Source of the DNA: an uncultured virus (IMG/VR IMGVR_UViG_3300037408_000925)
Taxonomy: Duplodnaviria; Heunggongvirae; Uroviricota; Caudoviricetes
Length of the DNA: 20,000 nt
IMG/VR virus record: IMGVR_UViG_3300037408_000925
Direction: 5' to 3' (one strand)
Shown: positions 1-6,218 of the stretch, one piece after another
How positions within the stretch are numbered: the first letter of the stretch is position 1
How the letters are laid out: each line of letters opens with the position of its first letter
The notes under the pieces: model-generated
The model's database searches: none
What the model was told of the DNA's origin: nothing
The model's input: only the letters and a program-made list of their open reading frames with translations
Made by a program: the position numbers and the translations under genes

Positions 1-2
1 TA

Positions 3-92
3 CTCAACTATGGAGGGTTCTCTTGTGGTATAGGTGAATGGAGACCTGAAAAATCGGGTCAATTTGGTATGTATAGAATAGAAGGTCTATAA
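3..92 (+). CDS. 3' end of a putative RAMP/Cas7-like (Vipr-like) RNA-binding protein, truncated by the window edge
   Basis: Frame from nt 3 reads LNYGGFSCGIGEWRPEKSGQFGMYRIEGL* (TAA 90-92). The GxxxGIGxxRxxxxGxFG pattern followed by a final beta strand resembles the C-terminal G-rich loop of RAMP proteins. Lies directly upstream of the periodic array. Confidence 0.65.
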   Translation, partial: LNYGGFSCGIGEWRPEKSGQFGMYRIEGL

Positions 93-109
93 TACCCTAA
101 TAAGATACC

Positions 110-129
110 GAGTGTTTGTATAAACACTC
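110..129 (+). other. Hairpin at the 5' boundary of the array
   Basis: GAGTGTTT(110-117)-GTAT-AAACACTC(122-129), perfect 8-bp stem. Confidence 0.65.
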
Positions 130-137
130 TTGTACAT

Positions 138-427
138 GGTAGGTTGAGGATAGTTCTGGTTTGGTAAGTTTAGGTAAGTTAAGGCAGTCTTGGTAGGTTT
201 GGGTGGGTTTTGGTGTGTTATGTTTTGATGTGTTGTGGCAGTCGTGGTAAGTCAAGGTAAGTTACGTTAGGTTCCTGTGATGTATGTTGAGTCTGTGTAA
301 GTTGGTGTAAGGCAGTCGAGGTGTGTTAAGTCGAGGTTCGTTGATGTTGGTTTTGTTTTGGCAAGTTGATGTATGGCAGTCATGGTCTTGTGGGTTAAGG
401 TGCGTTTTGTTATGGCAGTCATGGTTT
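138..427 (+). ncRNA. Putative guide-RNA array with 5-nt periodicity (KKY-NN pentamers) and GGCAGTC delimiters (VIPR-like RNA array)
   Basis: GGCAGTC occurs at 183, 237, 311, 375 and 414. Spacings of 54, 74, 64 and 39 are all 4+5n. In five units, 50 of 52 pentamers begin with a [GT][GT][TC] triplet (GGT/GTT/GTC/TGT/GGC) followed by two variable bases. The region is G/T-rich, unlike the rest of the window. Confidence 0.8.
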
Positions 428-455
428 GAGTTGGTTAGTATGGATAACCAACTCA
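427..455 (+). other. Hairpin at the 3' boundary of the array
   Basis: TGAGTTGGTTA(427-437)-GTATGGA-TAACCAACTCA(445-455), perfect 11-bp stem with no U-tract, directly upstream of the next SD. Confidence 0.7.
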
Positions 456-473
456 GAAGGGAGATGATATTTA

Positions 474-947
474 GTGGTATTTCAATGGAGAGTAAAAACC
501 TTTCCAGCAGATGCTCAGGTAGTTGGAGAAGTACTAACAGATATAGAGAAACGAACAGGAGAAATAAACCCTAAGACTGTGGTGGATGAGTCTAGGGATG
601 TTGAAGCTCCTCTACATAAATGTTTTGAGTGGGATGATGTTGTAGCCGCTGAAAAACATAGAATAACACAAGCTCAACAAATGATAAGAAACATTGTGGT
701 AGTAAGTGTGGGAGATAGTAATAATACTGAGGTAGAGCCTGTAAGAGCCTTTGTTAGTATAAGAGATATAGAGCCAAATTCACGTAGATATGTATCTATA
801 TCCTTAGCAATATCTAATGATTACTATAATGAACAAATACTTTTACAAGCTTTAAAGGAACTAGAAAATTTTAGAAGAAAATATTCAAACATATCTAAGT
901 TCACAGAGGTTATAAGAGCTATAGATACTGTTCTGAAAGATAAATAA
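474..947 (+). CDS. Phage protein of unknown function, candidate accessory gene of the array locus
   Basis: GTG start after AGAAGGGAG SD; 157 aa. The motif DAQxVGE...PLHxCFEWDDxxAAEKHRxxQAxxxIR resembles a phage hypothetical family as I recall it. Confidence 0.8.
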   Translation: MVFQWRVKTFPADAQVVGEVLTDIEKRTGEINPKTVVDESRDVEAPLHKCFEWDDVVAAEKHRITQAQQMIRNIVVVSVGDSNNTEVEPVRAFVSIRDIEPNSRRYVSISLAISNDYYNEQILLQALKELENFRRKYSNISKFTEVIRAIDTVLKDK

Positions 948-996
948 GCACTCTGAATTTCTTTTATATATAATAAAAGAAAGGTAGGTGAGCTTT

Positions 997-1044
997 ATGC
1001 CATGTAAAGGTGGAAAAAAAGGTGGAAAAGGTGGAGGAAAATAG
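997..1044 (+). CDS. Putative 15-aa Lys/Gly micropeptide MPCKGGKKGGKGGGK
   Basis: ATG 997 with AAGGTAGGTGA SD-like sequence upstream, TAG at 1042-1044, TTATATATAA motif at 964 and a downstream hairpin. Confidence 0.5.
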   Translation: MPCKGGKKGGKGGGK

Positions 1045-1054
1045 TACAAAAAGC

Positions 1055-1081
1055 AATGATAGTACAGAAAGTACTATCATT
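1055..1081 (+). terminator. Stem-loop, possible terminator
   Basis: AATGATAGTAC-AGAAA-GTACTATCATT, 11-bp stem, weak T-tract. Confidence 0.5.
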
Positions 1082-1104
1082 CTCTATTTAATGGAGGCTA
1101 TACC

Positions 1105-1332
1105 ATGACCATTAGTTTTGGAGATATACTTTATAACAAGAACCCTATCAAAGGAAAAATGATGAAAAAATCCTTCTGGAAAGTCATAAAATATGATATA
1201 CATAACAGAACCTACGAACTCGCTCAACTACATCCTAAAACAGGACAGATTATACCTGATATATCTTCTTTGTGTATTAATGCCAAAGAATTAGAAACCT
1301 TAATTAAGTATAATGAGATAGAAAAAGTCTAA
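1105..1332 (+). CDS. Small hypothetical protein (SH3/KOW-like beta domain, related to domains in 11446-13629)
   Basis: GGAGG SD; 75 aa. GDIL...KSFWKV...YELAQLHPKTGQ resembles segments of ORFs 11446 and 12922. Confidence 0.75.
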   Translation: MTISFGDILYNKNPIKGKMMKKSFWKVIKYDIHNRTYELAQLHPKTGQIIPDISSLCINAKELETLIKYNEIEKV

Positions 1333-1354
1333 ATAGTGAGGCTGTTTTATTATC

Positions 1355-1383
1355 TTGACTTTTATATTTAATTATGGTATACT
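1355..1383 (+). promoter_or_regulatory. SigmaA/sigma70-type early promoter
   Basis: TTGACT(1355-1360), 17-nt spacer, extended TGn, TATACT(1378-1383). Confidence 0.8.
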
Positions 1384-1425
1384 TAAATAGTAGGGGAAGT
1401 ATGGGGGAAAGTTAATTGAGAGAGG

Positions 1426-1725
1426 ATGTGTTACATTATGAAACTTTTTATTATTACGAGTGGTACTAAGGTAGCTTTAGGTAATGGAGATGGAAAATTG
1501 AAGGTACATACAACTATGGTAGAGTATGTTTTTTCTAGTTTTGTGACAGACCCTATCTATTACTATAATAATCGAAATAATGATGATGTTATGAAGGAAC
1601 TTAATGAAGACCCTACCATAAAAGAAAAAGGTAATATTGTAGCGAAATACTCTTTTGCTAATGAAGACATTGATTCTGATTATAAATACTTATATGCAAA
1701 TTACAAAGATGTAATAGTATTGTAG
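1426..1725 (+). CDS. Hypothetical protein (start may be ATG 1438)
   Basis: ORF downstream of the early promoter; GAGAGG SD; no recognisable motif. Confidence 0.7.
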   Translation: MCYIMKLFIITSGTKVALGNGDGKLKVHTTMVEYVFSSFVTDPIYYYNNRNNDDVMKELNEDPTIKEKGNIVAKYSFANEDIDSDYKYLYANYKDVIVL

Positions 1726-1732
1726 GTATTAC

Positions 1733-1759
1733 CTGACCCTAAATAATACTTAGGGTCAG
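1733..1759 (+). terminator. Stem-loop after ORF 1426
   Basis: CTGACCCTAA-ATAATAC-TTAGGGTCAG, 10-bp stem. A second imperfect hairpin with T-tract lies at ~1786-1816. Confidence 0.55.
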
Positions 1760-1855
1760 TCTAATAACTTAAAATCTATAAAATAGATCCCACTAGAACT
1801 TTTTAGGGGATTTTTTATATATAACTTTAAAATACTAAGATAGAGGAAGTGTACA

Positions 1856-2590
1856 ATGTCAAAAGTAAATCTGTTAAAAGAAAGAGAAGCAAAAGTTACA
1901 GTAAGTCTAAAAAAGATAACACAAAGAGAAATAATCTGTAAGGTAAATCTTGTCTTGGATATTTCGGGTTCTATGTGTGGTGCTTATTCTTCTGGGAAAG
2001 TTCAGAGTATTGTTGAAAAAATCTTTCCTATAGCATCTAAACTTACTCCTAATGGGGTTTTAGGGATGTGGGTATTCTCAGATAAATACTTTAAATTAAA
2101 TGACCTAGATATAAATAACTTTGAGGGTTATGTACATAAATTTATAACATCAAAATCTCTTATTGGTGGAGGAACTTACTATGCTCCCGTAATTAACTCT
2201 ATAAAATTTGACCCTCAAAAAACCTTTTGGTATAAACTCTTTGTAAAAATTAAAAGACTTTTAGGCTTTAAAGTAAAAACTGATATAAATAAGAAATTAC
2301 CTGTATTTAATATCTTTATTACCGATGGAGATAATACCGATAGATGGGAGTCTGAAAAAGCAATAATAGATAGCTCGAAAACAGAAAACTTCTTCCAGTT
2401 TGTGGGGACTTGGGGAAATGAATTTAATTTCCTCAGTAAATTAGATAACCTTTCTGGTAGATTTATTGACAATGTAAATTTTTTTGAGATATCTAATATA
2501 GATTCTATGTCAGAAGAAGACCTCTATGATGCCCTATTAAAAGAATTTCCTTTATGGTTAGATAAAGCCGAAGAAAATAATATTATATGA
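1856..2590 (+). CDS. von Willebrand factor A domain protein (TerF-associated vWA-like)
   Basis: MIDAS motifs VLDISGSM, GGTYYAP, FITDG; C-terminal FFQFVG...FLSKLDNL..RFIDNVNFF typical of ter-associated vWA proteins. Confidence 0.85.
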   Translation: MSKVNLLKEREAKVTVSLKKITQREIICKVNLVLDISGSMCGAYSSGKVQSIVEKIFPIASKLTPNGVLGMWVFSDKYFKLNDLDINNFEGYVHKFITSKSLIGGGTYYAPVINSIKFDPQKTFWYKLFVKIKRLLGFKVKTDINKKLPVFNIFITDGDNTDRWESEKAIIDSSKTENFFQFVGTWGNEFNFLSKLDNLSGRFIDNVNFFEISNIDSMSEEDLYDALLKEFPLWLDKAEENNII

Positions 2591-2605
2591 GGAGTAGTGA
2601 TATTT

Positions 2606-2947
2606 ATGAATGTTAATTATATTGAACCCGAAGATAAAGATTATATGAGAGCTAGAAACTTGAAGAAATCCTCTGATGCTTCTAAGATGGCTCTAGTTAT
2701 AAAAGATATGGTTAAACTTGTTAGAAGAACAAAAGCTGTTATAGAAGTTTGGGGAGGTCAAGCTTATGGTAGTGATATGATAGACCCTTTCATACAAGCC
2801 TTAAAAAGAAATGGGTTTACTCCTGATGAAATTAATGATATCACCAGAGGAGTAACAAGAAAACAAGTTTCCCCTATTAAAAATACTGAGAGAAGAGAAG
2901 TAGCACCTCTCTCTGATTTAAAAAATAGAGTAAAAGACCTATTATAA
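2606..2947 (+). CDS. Hypothetical protein with shared C-terminal tag
   Basis: ATG 2606 after GAGGAG; ends ERREVAPLSDLKNRVKDLL. Confidence 0.8.
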   Translation: MNVNYIEPEDKDYMRARNLKKSSDASKMALVIKDMVKLVRRTKAVIEVWGGQAYGSDMIDPFIQALKRNGFTPDEINDITRGVTRKQVSPIKNTERREVAPLSDLKNRVKDLL

Positions 2948-2967
2948 AGGAGTGATTAATCTATATG
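2891..2967 (+). repeat. Direct repeat copy 1 (tag-coding sequence + stop + SD + start of next gene)
   Basis: Near-identical to 3340-3415 and, over the coding part, to 4097-4153. Confidence 0.85.
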
Positions 2968-3396
2968 GATGATTTAATTTATAAAGTAATAAGTGAGAGT
3001 GAGTATAAAGCAAATACAAATGTAGATGATATACCTAAAGGACATGTACGTAAAAGAGATGAAGCTCCTTATGGTAGACTTACTGATTTTCTCTCTAGAG
3101 TAACTCGGAAGACAAAACTAGAATTGAATAGGAAATATAATGTAGCCTCATATGAGCCTAGAAATCTAGGCTCATCTAAGTGGCCTGATTGGGTTAAGAT
3201 TGTAAGTATGGATGAGTATATTTTTAAAAGAGAAACCCCCACTAGATTAGTTACTGCTAGTGGTTATCAGATTGGAAAGGAAAAAATATTAGCAATTATT
3301 GATGATGGTAAAATTGTTGATTACAACGAACTCCTTAAAAGGAGAGAAGTAGCACCTCTATCTGATTTAAAAGATAGAGTCAAAGACCTATTATAG
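2965..3396 (+). CDS. Hypothetical protein with shared C-terminal tag
   Basis: AGGAG SD; ends KRREVAPLSDLKDRVKDLL. Confidence 0.8.
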   Translation: MDDLIYKVISESEYKANTNVDDIPKGHVRKRDEAPYGRLTDFLSRVTRKTKLELNRKYNVASYEPRNLGSSKWPDWVKIVSMDEYIFKRETPTRLVTASGYQIGKEKILAIIDDGKIVDYNELLKRREVAPLSDLKDRVKDLL

Positions 3397-3415
3397 AGGA
3401 GTGATTAATCTAATG
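3340..3415 (+). repeat. Direct repeat copy 2 (tag + stop + AGGAGTGATTAATCTA + ATG)
   Basis: Matches 2891-2967 with mostly synonymous changes. Confidence 0.85.
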
Positions 3416-4153
3416 ACTAATAAAAAATATGAGTTTGTAAAAGATGATACAATTGAAGTAAATGGAATAACCCTAACAAGAATAAAAGCTCTAAGGTCTT
3501 TTAAGTTTGTAAAAAAGGGGGAACTTGGGGGGTATATAGAAAAAGAAGATAACCTATCTCATCTTCTTACCTGTTGGGTAGGTGGAAAAGCTAGAGTGCT
3601 TGATAATGCTGTTATAGCTGAAAATGCTCGAGTGGATGGAAGTGTAATAGTAGCTGGAAATGCTAAAGTATATGGAAAAGCTAAAGTATCTGGAACTGTT
3701 GAGGTATTTGAGGATGCTGAGGTATATGGAGAAGCTCAAGTATATGGGGAAGCTTGGATAGCTGGAGAAGCTGAGGTATTTGGAAATGCTGAGGTATTTG
3801 GAAATGCTAGAGTATATGGAGAAGCTTGGGTATATGACAGTACTAAAATATATGGAAAAGCTCAGGTATTTGGAAATGCTAAAGTATATGAATATGCTCA
3901 GGTATATGGAGAAGCTTGGGTATATGGAAATGCTTGGGTATATGGAAATGCTCAGGTATATGATAACGCCAAGGTATATGGAAATGCTGAAGTCTCTGGA
4001 AAAGCTAGGATATTTGAAAATGCTCAGGTATGTGGAGAAGCTTTGGTAGATGGAGATAAAAAAATCTTTGGAGATACAAAATTAGATGGCAAAGTAAGAA
4101 AAGAAGTAGCCCCTTTATCAGATTTAAAAGCTAGAGTTAAAGACTTATTATAA
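3413..4153 (+). CDS. Hexapeptide-repeat (left-handed beta-helix-like) protein with shared C-terminal tag
   Basis: N-terminal RIKALRSF..VKKGELGGYIEKEDNLSH..CWV, then more than 20 hexapeptides [GD][NE]A[KQWE]V[YF] (18-nt DNA period); ends RKEVAPLSDLKARVKDLL. ATG 3413 fits the SD better than GTG 3401. Confidence 0.85.
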   Translation: MTNKKYEFVKDDTIEVNGITLTRIKALRSFKFVKKGELGGYIEKEDNLSHLLTCWVGGKARVLDNAVIAENARVDGSVIVAGNAKVYGKAKVSGTVEVFEDAEVYGEAQVYGEAWIAGEAEVFGNAEVFGNARVYGEAWVYDSTKIYGKAQVFGNAKVYEYAQVYGEAWVYGNAWVYGNAQVYDNAKVYGNAEVSGKARIFENAQVCGEALVDGDKKIFGDTKLDGKVRKEVAPLSDLKARVKDLL

Positions 4154-4179
4154 CTTACTTTTATCTTAATAAATACCCT

Positions 4180-4214
4180 AAAAGTCTAACCCTAATAAAA
4201 GGTTAGACTTTTTT
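4180..4214 (+). terminator. Rho-independent terminator
   Basis: AAAAGTCTAACC(4180-4191)/GGTTAGACTTTT(4201-4212) followed by T's. Confidence 0.75.
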
Positions 4215-4234
4215 ATATACAAAATATAAAGGGG

Positions 4235-4726
4235 ATGGTAACAATGGATGTATCCTTTGAATATACTAGAAATAAAGCACTATACAAGATGATTATAAGT
4301 AAGAAAGCTCTTAAAGATGTTATAGAGCTTATGAATTTTTATAGAACTATTGAGAAAACTCTATCCATAGAAGATATAGAAAGACTTCTATACATTGTTT
4401 TTGAAGATTATTCAGAAGATATAGATATTATAAGTAATAACCCTAATATTCTTTTTATAGAACTTTCATATAATACTAAACAATGGGTAAGTATCGCTCA
4501 TGAGTTAATTCACTACCTACAAAAATATCTTTACCTCTTTTGTGATGATTGGATAGAACCTATGGCATTATCTCTACAAAATAAAGTCAAAGATATTATA
4601 TGTGATACTGAACAAAAAAATATGATTTTTAAGTTTGTAACTGATGATTTAGATAAAATAGAGAGTTTTGTAGATTATAAATTATACTCATTTTTACATG
4701 AAGATGTCTTAGAAGACTCTTTTTAA
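4235..4726 (+). CDS. Putative HEXXH zinc metallopeptidase-like protein
   Basis: SIAHELIHYLQ motif and a downstream E (WIEPMA). Confidence 0.55.
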   Translation: MVTMDVSFEYTRNKALYKMIISKKALKDVIELMNFYRTIEKTLSIEDIERLLYIVFEDYSEDIDIISNNPNILFIELSYNTKQWVSIAHELIHYLQKYLYLFCDDWIEPMALSLQNKVKDIICDTEQKNMIFKFVTDDLDKIESFVDYKLYSFLHEDVLEDSF

Positions 4727-4752
4727 TTTATCTGTAGGTTGGAGGTGATTTT

Positions 4753-5124
4753 ATGACAATACCACTATTTCTAGCTTTGCTCTACGGCTTCATAGTTATT
4801 TGTTTATCTTTACTATCTTTTGTTATTATAAAAAATATGAAGAAACAAACAGAAACTATTACAAACATAATGACCTCATATTCTGATATTACCCTTGAAC
4901 TAAAATCTCTTATCTCTAAACTAGATAACTACGAAAAAGATATCTTTAAGAGAGGAGAAGGTCAAAAAGAACTTGTTACATCAGCTCTTAAACATATTTC
5001 AGATAGAATGGAAAAACTAGAAAACAGTAATAAAAATACCTTATCTAAACTAGATACAGATATAAATAGACTCTACATGTACTGCTCTCGAAAAATAGAA
5101 AGAGAAAATACTACCTTGGATTAG
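4753..5124 (+). CDS. Membrane-anchored coiled-coil protein
   Basis: GGAGGTG SD; hydrophobic N-terminal segment (LFLALLYGFIVICLSLLSFVII) followed by a charged helical region. Confidence 0.75.
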   Translation: MTIPLFLALLYGFIVICLSLLSFVIIKNMKKQTETITNIMTSYSDITLELKSLISKLDNYEKDIFKRGEGQKELVTSALKHISDRMEKLENSNKNTLSKLDTDINRLYMYCSRKIERENTTLD

Positions 5125-5136
5125 GAGAACCCTATT

Positions 5137-5403
5137 ATGAAACTTTTTATACACTCAAACAGATCTTTAAGAATTATAATATATGTTACTATTTGCGTAT
5201 TAATTCCTATACTACTCTCACTTATTTTAGGTACAGAACTCTACCCTCACAATCTCTTTGAAACTCTTATATTTTTCTCTGGAATATCCCTAACTTTCTT
5301 AACATCCTTTTTCCTTCTTTGGGAATTGCTTGTCTTATCTAAAGAACTTAATTATACTCTACAAAAACTATCAAAATTTTCAAATACTAAAATAAGGAGA
5401 TGA
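5137..5403 (+). CDS. Small two-TM membrane protein (holin-like size and topology)
   Basis: Two hydrophobic segments and a basic C-terminus; AGGAG SD. Confidence 0.65.
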   Translation: MKLFIHSNRSLRIIIYVTICVLIPILLSLILGTELYPHNLFETLIFFSGISLTFLTSFFLLWELLVLSKELNYTLQKLSKFSNTKIRR

Positions 5404-5408
5404 TTCAC

Positions 5409-6062
5409 ATGAACTCTAATAACCTATCTACCGAACAAATAAAAGCTATTACTGAGATCGTAAAAGGTGTGTTCAGTGAACAAGTAACTAAAGCTACTAC
5501 AGAAGCACCAACAGATAATTTTATTGTTTATGCTTTCTTAGTAATAGCTATAGTACTAATTATTGCTGTAGTTGTATTACTAAAAATCTCATCTAGTGCT
5601 ACTGGTAAAGCTGTATCAGCTAGTATTGACCCTTATGTTATTCAACTAAAATCCCTAGAAAAATCTTTTGTATCTTCACAAAATGTATATGAGAAAATGA
5701 CTAATAAATTTACAACCCTTACAGAAGAACTTGTAAGGTTTCAAACCCTTAGAATCGGAGAAGAAGATAAACTTGAGGAAATAGGAAGACAGTTTAAAGA
5801 TATGCAAAATAAAAGCTTGGACGTTATCAATAACCTATTCAATACCTTTAGAGAACATGAAAAAAATTCCTACGAAAGACAGATAGAAGCTCAAAAAAAT
5901 AGCCATAACATAAAAATAGCCCTAGTAGAAATGAGAGTCAATTGTATTGCCTCATATAGAAGAAAATTAGGGGATAAACTAATAGATAAAGGCTATATAT
6001 CTAGAACTCAGCTAGAGGAAGTACTACATGAACAAATAAATGAACTAGCTCAAGAAGATTAA
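5409..6062 (+). CDS. Single-TM coiled-coil protein with C-terminal MshEN-like motif
   Basis: TM FIVYAFLVIAIVLIIAVVVLL; C-terminal KLGDKLIDKGYISRTQLEEVLHEQ. ATG 5409 fits the AAGGAG SD. Confidence 0.75.
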   Translation: MNSNNLSTEQIKAITEIVKGVFSEQVTKATTEAPTDNFIVYAFLVIAIVLIIAVVVLLKISSSATGKAVSASIDPYVIQLKSLEKSFVSSQNVYEKMTNKFTTLTEELVRFQTLRIGEEDKLEEIGRQFKDMQNKSLDVINNLFNTFREHEKNSYERQIEAQKNSHNIKIALVEMRVNCIASYRRKLGDKLIDKGYISRTQLEEVLHEQINELAQED

Positions 6063-6079
6063 TCCTGTAAAATATCTCT

Positions 6080-6108
6080 GGTAAGGATACTTATATCCTT
6101 ACCTTTTT
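6080..6108 (+). terminator. Rho-independent terminator
   Basis: GGTAAGGATA-CTTA-TATCCTTACC-TTTTT. Confidence 0.8.
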
Positions 6109-6146
6109 CATATTTAAATTAAAATACTAAGATAGGACTACTATTC

Positions 6147-6175
6147 TTGACTTTTTTATTAGTTTATGGTATAAT
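6147..6175 (+). promoter_or_regulatory. SigmaA/sigma70-type early promoter
   Basis: TTGACT(6147-6152), 17-nt spacer, TGn, TATAAT(6170-6175). Confidence 0.85.
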
Positions 6176-6218
6176 TAAACTGTGGGGTTATTCTGTAATT
6201 TAGGAAGGGGAGTTTAAA

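Noticed and set aside
138..427. Canonical CRISPR array or simple microsatellite
   Set aside because: The only exact repeat is 7 nt (GGCAGTC), the units vary 39-74 nt in steps of 5, and the 'spacers' are themselves patterned. The NN positions are too diverse for a slippage satellite.
323..574. 83-aa ORF overlapping the array and ORF 474
   Set aside because: The underlying DNA has 5-nt rather than 3-nt periodicity; it has atypical W/C/S-rich composition, no good SD, and overlaps a better gene.
3780..4049. 89-aa Met/Leu/Tyr repeat ORF
   Set aside because: Alternative-frame shadow of the 18-nt hexapeptide repeats in ORF 3413.
2891..4153. Diversity-generating retroelement TR/VR pair for the C-terminal repeats
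   Set aside because: All three copies are coding, the differences are mostly synonymous and not confined to adenines, and no reverse transcriptase is in the window.
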